DNA from: Spirochaetia bacterium
GTDB taxonomy: Bacteria; Spirochaetota; Spirochaetia; SZUA-6; Bin103
DNA length: 64,000 nucleotides
NCBI GenBank assembly: GCA_965198005.1
Contig: CBDAOI010000002.1
Location: forward strand, 160,001 to 224,000
Direction of reading: 5' to 3'
The position numbers and the translations under genes are program-made. Positions 10,389 to 20,353 of the stretch are shown piece after piece. How positions within the stretch are numbered: position 1 is the first letter of the stretch; each line of letters opens with the position of its first letter. The notes beneath the pieces are model-generated. The model made no database searches, was not told the origin of the DNA, and saw nothing but the letters and a program-made list of their open reading frames with translations.

Positions 10389-11258
10389 GGCCGCTGGTTC
10401 GAGGTCCACCACTACGGGGTCTCCCGCGAGACTGGAATGATCGACTACGGCGAGGCGGAGGCGAGGATTTTGGAGGTGCGGCCGCGACTGCTGATCGCTG
10501 GCGGGTCCTCCTACCCGCGAACCCTGGACTTCGAGAGGCTGGCCGACGCTGCCCGGACGGTCGGTGCGTACTTCGTGGTGGATATGGCGCATATCGCCGG
10601 CCTCGTGGCTGGCGGCGCCCACCCGTCGCCGATACCGCACGCCGATATTGTCACCTGCACCACCACAAAGACCCTGCGCGGGCCGCGCGGCGGAATGATC
10701 CTCGCGCGGGATGAGAGCTGGAGAAGGAAATTGCAATCCGCCGTCTTTCCGGGCGTCCAGGGCAGCATCCACACTCAGGTCATAGCCGCGAAGGCGGTCT
10801 GCCTGGGCGAGGCGCTGCAACCGGAGTTCAGAGTCTACGCCCACCAAGTCAAGAAGAACGCCGCGCGCTTGGCCGCGGTCCTGGCCGATGGCGGACTGGC
10901 GGTCGTTACCGGCGGCACGGACACCCACATCGTCCTGCTGGACCTATCCGACATCGGAATGACCGGTCAGGCTGCCGAGCGCGTTCTCGAGCGGTACGGC
11001 ATCACGACCAACAAGAATCCGATCCCGTTCGACGTCAGCAATCCGGCCGAGTGGAGCGGGCTGCGGATAGGAGTCGCGGCCGCCACCACGCGCGGGTTCC
11101 GGGAGGCGGAAATGGAACAGCTCGGACAGGTGATTTCCTCCCTGCTGACGGCACCCGGTGCCGGCGACGAGGCGCAACGGATCGTGGCGAGGCTCTGCCG
11201 ATCGTTCCCGCTCGGCATGCGGACGCATGACGGTGTTGCTGTTGTTCGGCCTGGGTGA
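10389..11258 (+). pseudogene. glyA: Serine hydroxymethyltransferase, 5'-truncated duplicate
   Basis: Matches 20798-21667 except one residue (V/D); lacks the LIASEN, EGYPG and NVQPHSG regions. Confidence 0.92.
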
Positions 11259-12028
11259 TCCTTGGTAGTATTGGCGACAACATGAGCGGGCCGAACGAAA
11301 CTGTTTCCATGACGGTGGTGAACTGGAATGTCGAGTGGGCCACCCCCGGATCCTGGAGTCGTCGCGACGAGATCCTGAGCCGTATCGACCGGGAAGCTCT
11401 GGACATTGTGTGTCTCACGGAGTCGGACATCAGGCTGTTGGCCGGCATGCCGGGCCACACGATCCACTCTCAGCCGGACGGCGTAAAGGGGATCGACAAC
11501 CTACGGAAGGTGCTCCTTTGGTCGAGAGAGCCATGGGAGCAGGTCGATGACTTCGGAGTAGACTCGATGCCTCCAGGCAGGTTCGTATCCGGCGTCACCC
11601 GTACGCCCTTGGGCGACATGATGGTCCTGGGTGTTTGCATACCGTACCAGCATTCGCGGACGAAGTGGACGGGCGACCGTGTCACGCGCAAACCCTGGGA
11701 GGATCACCGACAGTATCTGGCAGACCTCCCGAAGGTGTTCGAACGGGCCTCATCGAAGCGCTTGATCGTCCTGGGGGACTTCAACCAGCAGGTTGGGCAG
11801 AGCGGTTATGCACCGCCGGAGATTCGGGATGCCCTGCGGGACGCCATCCCGCCAGGTATCACGATTGCCACCGCCGCGCTCGGTTTCGGCGGCCGAAGGG
11901 TGATCGACCACGTTGCGCTGAGCGAGGATCTGTCAGCGCGGTCTCTGCGGCTGATCAGCCGATTCCACCAGGAGAGGAAACTGTCAGACCACCCAGGGGT
12001 GGTTGCCGATCTGTCATCGCTGGTGTAG
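11255..12028 (+). CDS. Endonuclease/exonuclease/phosphatase (EEP) family protein
   Basis: VNWNVE, DIVCLTE, VLGDFN, IDHV, SDH catalytic motifs; true start may be 11282 or 11309. Confidence 0.88.
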   Translation: MILGSIGDNMSGPNETVSMTVVNWNVEWATPGSWSRRDEILSRIDREALDIVCLTESDIRLLAGMPGHTIHSQPDGVKGIDNLRKVLLWSREPWEQVDDFGVDSMPPGRFVSGVTRTPLGDMMVLGVCIPYQHSRTKWTGDRVTRKPWEDHRQYLADLPKVFERASSKRLIVLGDFNQQVGQSGYAPPEIRDALRDAIPPGITIATAALGFGGRRVIDHVALSEDLSARSLRLISRFHQERKLSDHPGVVADLSSLV

Positions 12029-12045
12029 CCGACCGATTCCAGTCG

Positions 12046-12936
12046 GTCTGGTCGGTCTTCTCCAAGGCGGCCGCCGCTGTGGACGAGCACCGGCTCCTGA
12101 CCGAACTGCGCCTGTTCGGTCGCGTCAAGCGCCGGCTCGCGCAGATGGAGCGCCCGCCGTTCGAGTTCTGCGTGGTGGACGAGGCGCAGGACATCGGCGT
12201 GGCCGAGTTGCGCTTTCTGGCCGCCCTCGGCGCCGGGCACCCGGACGCCCTGTTCTTCGTCGGCGACCTCGGTCAAAGGATCTTCCAGACGCCGTTCTCC
12301 TGGCGAGCCTTGGGGGTCGACATCCGCGGCCGCTCGCACACCCTGCGGGTCAACTACCGCACCTCCCATCAGATCCGGCGGCAGGCGGACCGGCTGCTGC
12401 CGCCGGAGACCTCGGACGTGGACGGCAACACCGACCGGCGAACCGGCACCGTCTCCGTATTCAATGGCGCGGAACCGGTGATTCAGGTCCGCCCCTCGCA
12501 TGACACGGAGACTGCAGCAATCGCGGAGTGGCTGAAGTCCCGCGGGCAGGAAGAGTATGCACCGCACGAGATGGGCGTGTTCGTCCGATCGAAGGCCGAA
12601 CTGGACAGAGCCATCGCGGCGGTTGAAGGGTCAGGCTATTCGGCCGTCGATCTGGCGCAGCACGCGGGCGGCGTCTCGGGCAACGTCGCCGTCGGTACGA
12701 TGCACCTCGCGAAGGGCCTCGAGTTTCGCGCCGTGGTCGTCGCCGCCTGCGATGCCGAGGCGCTGCCGTCGCAGGCAAGAATCGAGCGAGTCGGCGATCA
12801 AGCCGAACTCGACGAGGTCTACACCACCGAGCGCCACCTGCTCTACGTCGCGTGCACCCATGCCCGCGATCATCTCCTGGTGACTGGCGTCGAACCGGCC
12901 TCCGAGTTCCTCGACGACCTGTTCAGCGAGCACTGA
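12046..12936 (+). pseudogene. C-terminal portion of UvrD/REP-type SF1 helicase
   Basis: VVDEAQD, GDLGQRIF, LRVNYRT, TMHLAKGLEF, ERHLLYVACT; no Walker A and no start. Confidence 0.88.
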
Positions 12937-13444
12937 CAACTGGACTACCAGCCTGAACAACAGCGAGAATCCGGCAGCGGCATACACCGCTGCCGCGGAC
13001 GCGCTCTCCGCCAACACCGCGTAATTCAGGCCACCCGCTCCGAGGAGTGACCCGCCTACGCAGTCCTTGTCGGTGTCGACGCACCGCAATATGATAAACA
13101 CTGTGTCGGCAACAAGTGAGACCTCGCGTCCGTCGACGAGACCAAACGTATTGTGTCCATCGCACAGCCGTTTCGACACCTATTGATGGTACGACGCCGA
13201 TATCGCGCGGGCTCCCCTCAGGGGTGGTACCACGGCTCCGGCGCCTCAAATAGAAAACGACCACATGCGCGAGTGCAGCGTCAGACGCTCTTCCTTACCA
13301 TCGTGATTCCCACCGGTTCGGAACGCATTCCAAAGTGTTGCTGATGACCCGACCACGCATCCTGGCTATCTTCAGGTTGCTGTCTTCCAGGCACCCACTG
13401 ATGCAAATCAGTCCTTCGAAGATCGAAGCTATTGGTGGCCGCCC

Positions 13445-14443
13445 ATGTCTGTATCAAACCAACGCACAACAGAGGTTCCAAGATTGATATCCGTCAACAA
13501 GCAACAGTGCCAGATCTGGCCGAACAGCGACGCAATCTATTCCGATCCTGAGCAAGGAATCATACGGCTTGTGTCACCCCGAGCGGGTGGCACATATCGG
13601 CTTCGCGAACAGCCGTGGCTTGAGATGCCCAAGCTCAGCAATCCTGAACGAGCACGGTTAACAACATTGCTTGTAGACCAGAGAACCCACGGCGATGAGG
13701 AGCCGTCAGTCACGATCGCTTTGATCGATACGGCCCGCAACAGGCGTCCTCGTACCATACCGGAGAGGGCGGAACGGCTTCTCAGATACATAGCCGAGTG
13801 CTTGGTGTCAGTCGGGGACTCTGTCAATCTGAATTGGGAGCCCGCCTCGACCTCAGGAATAGACGAGGGGGCGATGGCGTGGTCGGAGTCCCTATCGTTG
13901 GAAGAGATCCAGTACTTTCTAAATTATCTCCTACAACAGAACTGGATATCTAGTGTTGGTCAGAACCGCTATAACGTCACCGTGGATGGTTATAGCTACA
14001 TTACGGAACTCAAAGCAAATTCTAGTTCGGCGCAAGCGTTTGTAGCGATGTGGTTCAATGGTGAAATGCGCGAAATCTACGACAACGGTTTCAAACCTGC
14101 AATTGAACGAGCCGGATATATTCCCATGAGAATAGACACGAAGGACGATGTCGTCAAGATTGATGACGCGATAATCGCAGAAATCAGGCGTTCGCGATTC
14201 TTGGTAGCAGATTCTACGCACGGAAAAGAAGGTGCACGCGGAGGCGTTTACTATGAGGCTGGATTCGCATTCGGCCTCGGGCTTCCCGTCATCTATACAT
14301 GCCGAGAAGACATGGTGGATAAGATTCACTTCGACACACGCCAGTATCACCATACGGTGTGGAAGACCGCTGAGAGCCTGCGAGAGAGCCTGAAGAATCG
14401 GATCGTCGCGCTCATCGGAGAGGGTCCAAACAGGACTAGCTGA
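13445..14443 (+). CDS. Winged-helix-like plus nucleoside 2-deoxyribosyltransferase/TIR-like domain protein
   Basis: C-terminal AFVAMWF...PAI...GY.PMRID...IDDAIIAEIRRSRFLVAD...GVYYEAGFAFGLG.PVIYTC...HFDTRQY; lower GC than flanks. Confidence 0.75.
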   Translation: MSVSNQRTTEVPRLISVNKQQCQIWPNSDAIYSDPEQGIIRLVSPRAGGTYRLREQPWLEMPKLSNPERARLTTLLVDQRTHGDEEPSVTIALIDTARNRRPRTIPERAERLLRYIAECLVSVGDSVNLNWEPASTSGIDEGAMAWSESLSLEEIQYFLNYLLQQNWISSVGQNRYNVTVDGYSYITELKANSSSAQAFVAMWFNGEMREIYDNGFKPAIERAGYIPMRIDTKDDVVKIDDAIIAEIRRSRFLVADSTHGKEGARGGVYYEAGFAFGLGLPVIYTCREDMVDKIHFDTRQYHHTVWKTAESLRESLKNRIVALIGEGPNRTS

Positions 14444-15018
14444 GCGTCCATTTTGGGACGACGGTCCAGTGCAATCTTGCAGGGGAGGTCACGTGGAAAC
14501 ACTCATAGAGAGGGATGCACGTCGGACATCACGAGATCCTCCTGTGTCAGCGCCGCTATCGACTGGTCGTAGTTGAAGGTGAAATCGTACAGAGACCCTG
14601 CCTGCGGGCTACCGGTTTTTTGGTAGTACAGCCAGAAACGGGGACACCAGTCCCGACGAAGACCGCCGTTCCGCCGCGAAACCTAGCGTCGATGTATGAG
14701 TGGCCGTTTCTGTCCCAACACAACATCGCGCCTAATCTTGGTCGGCGCCAGTGCTTGGGCTGATCGATGCGTTCGGGCCGGAGGGTAAGGTCGAAGCAAT
14801 TCTCGAACGGATACGTGCTGTGAGTCAACTCAATCGCGCTACCGTCAGCCATGCTCCTATCCTACTGATCAGGTTACCGATAGTGTATCTCATATGGGTC
14901 GGATCATGGAACAATTCCTTGCCACATCTTTGGCGGGTGCTGTCAGGTCCTGTGGATCGTGCGGAAGATGCCCCGACAGTGGTCCGGCGCTGCGCTATCG
15001 TCGGGCCGAGACACTGCG

Positions 15019-15801
15019 ATGAGTGCCGCGCCAAGCGCGGATGAGCGCTGCTCGTTCGAGACCGACGGGTTTGTGGTGGTCGAGTCGTTCCTTGGTTGCG
15101 ACCACGTTGCTCGGTTGCGCGCGGCGTTGCAGCGGGCGGTCGCGCGGCGCCGGGAGCTGGAGCGGAGCCGCACGCCGCACTTCGCGCGGCCGGGTGTGGA
15201 CCATGCAGGCAGTACCCGGATCTTCTACCTGCTGGCGGATGATCCGCTGTTTCTGGGGCTGGCCGACTACCCGCCGGTGATGCCCTACATTCGCGCCCTG
15301 CTCAACCAGAACCAGCCGCACTTCCATGCCTCCGACGCGTTCTGGGAGGAAGGAGCGCGCGCGGCCCGCGCAGGCTGGCACATCGACGGCCCCGACAACG
15401 GCTTCCGCAACCTGCGACCGCGGGTGCCGATGCTGGAGTTGAAGATCGGCTACTTCCTGTCCGACATGACGCAACCGGATCAGGGCAATCTCATGGTGGT
15501 GCCCGGCTCCCACAGGACCGACTTCGAACCCACGGCGGAAGCGCTCAGCGGCTTCGATACTTTCCCCGGCGCCACCCAGGTGTGCTGCCCGGCCGGCTCC
15601 TGCGTCATCTTCCACAATGCGCTGTGGCATACGCGCGGCCCCTCCACCCGCGCCGACGGGCGCCGCATCATGCTCTACTACGCCTACGAGCACCCGTGGA
15701 TGATCGCCAGCCCCGAGCACACCGCCTACCCGCGCGAGTTCTACACCGGGCTGTCCGGCGCCCGCCGCAAGCTGTTCCACGACTTCCTGTTCCGGCCCTG
15801 A
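15019..15801 (+). CDS. Phytanoyl-CoA dioxygenase (PhyH) family Fe/2-oxoglutarate oxygenase
   Basis: FETDGFVVVESFL, WHIDG, GNLMVVPGSH, AGSCVIFHNALWH. Confidence 0.88.
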   Translation: MSAAPSADERCSFETDGFVVVESFLGCDHVARLRAALQRAVARRRELERSRTPHFARPGVDHAGSTRIFYLLADDPLFLGLADYPPVMPYIRALLNQNQPHFHASDAFWEEGARAARAGWHIDGPDNGFRNLRPRVPMLELKIGYFLSDMTQPDQGNLMVVPGSHRTDFEPTAEALSGFDTFPGATQVCCPAGSCVIFHNALWHTRGPSTRADGRRIMLYYAYEHPWMIASPEHTAYPREFYTGLSGARRKLFHDFLFRP

Positions 15802-15944
15802 CGGGCTACGGGTCCATCAGCAGGGTTCGCAGGTAGTCGCGGAACAGGATGGTTTCGCTGAGGTTGTCGACCCGGTTGCAGTCTCCCCACTCGGTCCACA
15901 CGTAAGGCTTCGACAGTTTCCTGTGGCTGATCTGCCGTCAGCGT

Positions 15945-16345
15945 CACCATGGTGCGACCGGCTCCATGTCCCACGCTTCCACGACGGACGCGCGCGCCGC
16001 GCCGCCGACCGCGAACAGCCGGACTGCGGTGCTGTCCGCGCGTGTCGGGTAGACCCGCTGGGTAAGGCACTGGCGGCGGTTGGCGAACACCTCATCACTG
16101 TCCGATCGATGAACACCCGCAGCTCCAGGGCTTCCCCCTTCGCTAGGTGGAAGGGTGCCGCCCGCACCGTGCCGGCGGTAGGAAACGCCTCCGCGCGGGT
16201 CGGATCGTAGTCCCAGTACTGCATGTCATCCGCCAGGCCGGAATGCCGGAAATCGATCTGCAGCTTTCGCTCCCCGGCAGGCAGGAGATCACGGTCTGCT
16301 CGCTGCCGTCCGGCGAGCACAGCACTTTCACCCCACCGTGGACGC
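15945..16345 (-). pseudogene. Glycoside hydrolase family 32 C-terminal fragment, frameshifted
   Basis: VLCSPDGSEQTVI and [38 protein letters not shown] across frames. Confidence 0.65.
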
Positions 16346-16424
16346 GTCGCCGGGATCGATCCGCAGGAACAATTCGAGGCCGCTCCCGGAGATGCCGCAT
16401 CGAGATCCCGCGCTATGTCGCCTC

Positions 16425-17710
16425 CGGGAGCGCCGTGTTCTCCGGTGTGCCGGACAGCCAGTTGTTGAACTACGGCGTACCCGCTGAGTGGCTGAATGAC
16501 GTCAGGCAGGCGGCTGACGAGGACGCGCTCCTGGCCCTGACGGATCATCTTCCCGCCGAGGCCACCGAGGCGCTGCTGGCACTGGCTACCGGGAGCACAC
16601 CGGAGCGGCCGGTCCGCGGAGGCACGCACGGGGATCCGTTTGCCCATCCCGATGCGCAACGCCGCTTCCGCGTCATGTCCAACCAGGAGGAGCTGCGCCG
16701 GGCGTTCGAATATCCGTGGGAGAAGTGGACGGTCTTTCTGCACCCGGCTCAACGGCAGGTGGTGGAACGGAGCTACCGCGGCCCGGCGCGTGTGTCAGGA
16801 TCTGCCGGAACCGGCAAGACCATCGTGGCGCTGCATCGCGCCGTGCATCTTGCCCGCACCCACTCGGACGCACGCGTGCTGCTGACCATGTTCTCCACGG
16901 CACTTGCGGACGCGTTGCGCGCACGAGTGGTGCGACTCATCGCCAATGAACCGAAGATCGCCGAACGGCTGGAGGTGCACGCGATGGCCGACATCGGGCG
17001 GCGGCTCTACCAGGCGCACTTCGGCCGCCCCGATTTGGCGACCCCCGACCGGGGGCGCGAGCTGTTGCGCCAAGCCGCCGCCGAGGTCGAAGACCTGCGG
17101 TTCAGCTTGCGCTTCCTGTGGACCGAGTGGAGCCGCGTGGTCGACGCCTGGCAGCTTGCGAGCTGGGAACATTATCGGGACGTGCCGCGGCTCGGTCGGA
17201 GGACTCGCCTGCCCGAACGGCAGCGGGAGCTCCTCTGGTCGGTCTTCTCCAGGGTGGCCGCCGCTCTGGACGAGCACGGGCTCCTAAGAAACAACAGTTT
17301 CTTACATGACCACGCCGGGCCCCGCCCGGTGGGAAGCTCCTGAGAAACTACCACTGTTTCTGCCATGACTGCGCCGGGCCGCAGGGCCGGTGGGAAGCTC
17401 CTGACCGAACCGCGCCTGTTCGGTCGCCTGCAGCGCCAGATCGCGAAGATGGCGCGCCCGCCGTTCGAGTTCTGCGTGGTGGACGAGGCCCAGGACATCG
17501 GCGTGGCCGAGTTGCGCTTTCTGGCCGCCCTCGGCGCCGGTCGCCCGGACGCCCTGTTCTTCGCCAGCGACCTCGGTCCACGGATCTTCCAGACGCCGTT
17601 CTCCTGGCGCGCCTTGGGGGGCGGCATCCGTGGGCGCTCGCACACCTTGCGGGTCAACTACCGCACCTCCCATCAGATCCGGCGGCAGGCGGACCGGCTG
17701 CTGCCGCCCG
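16425..17710 (+). pseudogene. UvrD/REP-type helicase central portion, disrupted by a 117-bp insertion and truncated at both ends
   Basis: WTVFLHPAQR, GPARVSGSAGTGKT (Walker A), VVDEAQD; insertion at 17286-17402 carries an in-frame TGA. Confidence 0.88.
17283..17402 (-). mobile_element. Two stacked ends-only miniature IS110 derivatives (56 bp and 61 bp)
   Basis: Unit 1 equals the two ends of the IS110 at 37802-39523 joined at ACAG; unit 2 is a variant; empty alleles GCTCCTGACCGAA at about 12093 and 22334. Confidence 0.88.
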
Positions 17711-17952
17711 GCGGACGGGGCGGACCGGGGCCGACCGGCTGCCGGTTGAAAATACTCCCGCTTCGTGGTTAGATTGGCTCACCGTGCGGTCGGCGCATAT
17801 GGTGCAACCGATAGCCCCGCGATGCTTGGAACTTGGATCGCACTCCCGGCGCATAGCTTTCGCGTCGCTCTGACGCAACAGTTCAAACGCCTCGGAAGTG
17901 CGTTGGAGCGCATAATCGGTAGCCAGAAGTATCGCGGAGCGGTGTGGCACTG

Positions 17953-18663
17953 ATGAGTGATGAACGGTTATCGACGATGCAGAACGTGAAGCGTATGGTT
18001 TGTCTCGCGAACTCACGGAAACTGCACGGGCGGTGCATTGCAGGCAGAGAGTGGCACGACACTCGGGCCGGCCGTTGGATCCGGCCGGTCAGTGCGCGCG
18101 ATGCCCAGGATGTGTCGGAGTACGAACGACAGTACAAAGACGGCAGTGACCCACGGGTACTCGACATTATTGAGATCCCCGTGCTGGAGCCAAAGCCGAA
18201 GGACTATCAGACCGAGAACTGGTTGCTCGATCCCAAATACTACTGGAAGAAGGTGGGCCGGCTACCGTGGCCCGAGCTCAAGCTGCTCACGGACGCGGTC
18301 GCGCCACTCTGGATCAACGGACATAGTACGTACAACGGTCAAAATGACGAGGTCCCGATCGGGGCCGCCGGATCGGTGGCCGATTCGCTGAGACTGGTCC
18401 ACGTTGACCGAATCCAGTTGGTCGTGTGCAACCCGGGCGAAGCCTTCGGCAATAGCAAACGACGCGTGCAGGGTTGCTTCGAGCACGCCGGCCACAAGTA
18501 CGCCCTGTGGGTTACCGACCCCCAATTTGAGCGAACCTATCTTGCAAAGCAGGATGGCAGCTATGAGATCGGTGAATGCTATCTCACCATTAGCCTCGGG
18601 GAACCGTACCGAGGCGCGTGCTACAAACTGATCGCCGCGATCATCGTCGGCGACCGGCGGTAG
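17953..18663 (+). CDS. Dual OB-domain-containing protein
   Basis: VCLANSRK..GRCIAG, WIRPVS, YQTENW, VTDP, LTISLGEPY...YKLIAAII. Confidence 0.75.
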   Translation: MSDERLSTMQNVKRMVCLANSRKLHGRCIAGREWHDTRAGRWIRPVSARDAQDVSEYERQYKDGSDPRVLDIIEIPVLEPKPKDYQTENWLLDPKYYWKKVGRLPWPELKLLTDAVAPLWINGHSTYNGQNDEVPIGAAGSVADSLRLVHVDRIQLVVCNPGEAFGNSKRRVQGCFEHAGHKYALWVTDPQFERTYLAKQDGSYEIGECYLTISLGEPYRGACYKLIAAIIVGDRR

Positions 18664-18667
18664 GATC

Positions 18668-19285
18668 ATGCCGGCGCACGACGGAACCATACTGACCATC
18701 GGCCACTCCACGCACGCATTGGAGGCGTTCGTCACATTGTTGCAGCGCCACTGCGTGACCGTGGTAGCGGATGTCCGCGCGGTGCCGTACAGCCGCTTCA
18801 ATCCCCAGTTCAACCGCGAGCCGCTGGCGGACAGCCTGGCCGAGCATGGCATGAAGTACGTGTTCCTCGGACGGGAGTTGGGCGGGCGCTCGGACGACCC
18901 CTCCTGCTACGACAATGGGCGCATCTGCTACAACCGTCTTGGCGGCACCCAGTCATTCCAAGACGGACTAGACCGCGCGGTGCGCGGCGCGGCTAATCAC
19001 CGCATCGCGCTCATGTGCGCCGAGAAAGAGCCGCTGGAGTGCCACCGCGCCCTGCTGGTGGCGCCGGCGCTTGAGGCGCGTGGCCTGCCGGTCGGCCATA
19101 TCCTGGCGGACGGTGCGCTGGAAACCCACGCCGACGCCATGGACCGCCTGCTCGCCATGTACGACGAACCGAAGCAGGGGGATTTGTTCGGGCATCTTGA
19201 CACACGGGTCGAGGGAGCCATCGCTAAACAAGCGGCACGCTTCGGACACCGAAACGAGAATCTGGCCGCCGGGCAAGAGGCATGA
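18668..19285 (+). CDS. DUF488 family protein
   Basis: TIGHSTH, DVRAVPYSRFNPQFN, ELGGR, LMCAEKEPLECHR. Confidence 0.9.
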   Translation: MPAHDGTILTIGHSTHALEAFVTLLQRHCVTVVADVRAVPYSRFNPQFNREPLADSLAEHGMKYVFLGRELGGRSDDPSCYDNGRICYNRLGGTQSFQDGLDRAVRGAANHRIALMCAEKEPLECHRALLVAPALEARGLPVGHILADGALETHADAMDRLLAMYDEPKQGDLFGHLDTRVEGAIAKQAARFGHRNENLAAGQEA

Positions 19286-19719
19286 AGCTATTCACCATCG
19301 GCTTCACCAGGAAGTCAGCGCGCCGTTTCTTCGCGTTGCTGCGCGAATCAGGCGCCAAGCGGATCGTGGATGTCCGACTCAACAACGTGTCACAGCTCGC
19401 CGGTTTTGCCAAGAAAGAAGATCTCGCCTACTTTCTGCATGAGATCTGCGAGATCGGGTACGTCCACGCACCCGAATTGGCTCCCACCCAGGAGATGCTG
19501 GACGATTACAAGAAGCGCCGAGGCGACTGGAGCACCTACGAGACGCGCTTCCTGGACCTCATGCGCGAGCGCCGGATCGAGCAGACCGTGTCCCGCGAAT
19601 TCGTTGCAAGCGGCTGCCTGCTATGCAGTGAGGACAAGCCCTTTCACTGCCATCGCCGGCTGGTCGCGGAGTACCTCGACCGACAGTGGGGCGGAATCGA
19701 CATCACGCATCTCGGATAG
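19282..19719 (+). CDS. DUF488 family protein (second subtype)
   Basis: FTIGFTRKSA, DVRLNNVSQLAGFAK, LAPT, CLLCSEDKPFHCHRRLVAEYL; ATGA overlap. Confidence 0.9.
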   Translation: MKLFTIGFTRKSARRFFALLRESGAKRIVDVRLNNVSQLAGFAKKEDLAYFLHEICEIGYVHAPELAPTQEMLDDYKKRRGDWSTYETRFLDLMRERRIEQTVSREFVASGCLLCSEDKPFHCHRRLVAEYLDRQWGGIDITHLG

Positions 19720-20055
19720 ACAGGCGCCCGAATTGCGGTGGCGAATCTGCGGGCGAGCATGCGTGCGCCGGCAAGCCACACCCAGGCTGCTGACACCGAG
19801 AGCAGGCGATGATGATGCATGATCAAGCGGCGGCACCGTTCGTACCATGCGTGGCTGCGTTCCACGATCCACCGTTTCGGCAGCACGAGGAATCCCTTGC
19901 TGTCCGCCTGCACCGCAAACAGCTCCCCTTGGTCGGGACTTACCCAGCGTCCCACGTTACGATTCGCCGGATGCCGCACCACCTCCACCTCGATCCGGTG
20001 CTGCTGCTGGATACGCGCGGCGCACGCACCAGAATAGCCGGCATCGACATACCCG
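19720..20055 (-). pseudogene. IS5-family transposase C-terminal fragment
   Basis: YVDAGYSG...VEVV...GFLVLPKRWIVERSHAW...RRL. Confidence 0.8.
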
Positions 20056-20318
20056 CGCGGCGGGCCGACGCTCTCCAGTTCGGCAGGATCAAGGGTGCAA
20101 ATCGCCTGCAGCTTGTTGTGCGAGCGCGGACTCGCCGAGACTGTCGAATCTTCTTTCCAAGGAACAACGAGGGCTGATGTGGACGTCCGTATCGCCGATA
20201 CTTCACCGAGAGCCTCGCCAGCGCAGCCCACCCGGCCTCTCCCGTCATCATTCTGGAAGAGCCCGAGTTGGGCTTGCATCCATACGCCATCACGCGCGCC
20301 TGCTCTGCTCGCCTTTCC

Positions 20319-20346
20319 TTGACAACCCGCCCATTCTCATTACTCT
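20319..20346 (+). promoter_or_regulatory. Putative sigma70 promoter of glyA, probably leaderless
   Basis: TTGACA-16 nt-TACTCT, 7 nt before GTG 20354. Confidence 0.55.
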
Positions 20347-20353
20347 GCCGCCC

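Larger units (their letters stand above)
10388..12300 (+). repeat. Copy 1 of a direct segmental duplication (3' glyA + EEP + uvrD piece); copy 2 at about 20797-22540
   Basis: Near-identical sequence at offset 10409 through glyA and the 5' part of the EEP gene; right boundary approximate. Confidence 0.92.

Noticed and set aside
11490-11650. Diversity-generating retroelement TR/VR pair between the EEP copies
   Set aside because: Differences are not adenine-specific, many are synonymous, and no reverse transcriptase is present
17281-17404. Mini CRISPR array
   Set aside because: Units match IS110 ends, there are no unique spacers and no cas genes in the window
19847-20353. N-terminal extension of GlyA (606-aa ORF)
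   Set aside because: Region is IS5 and ATPase debris; a promoter-like sequence precedes GTG 20354
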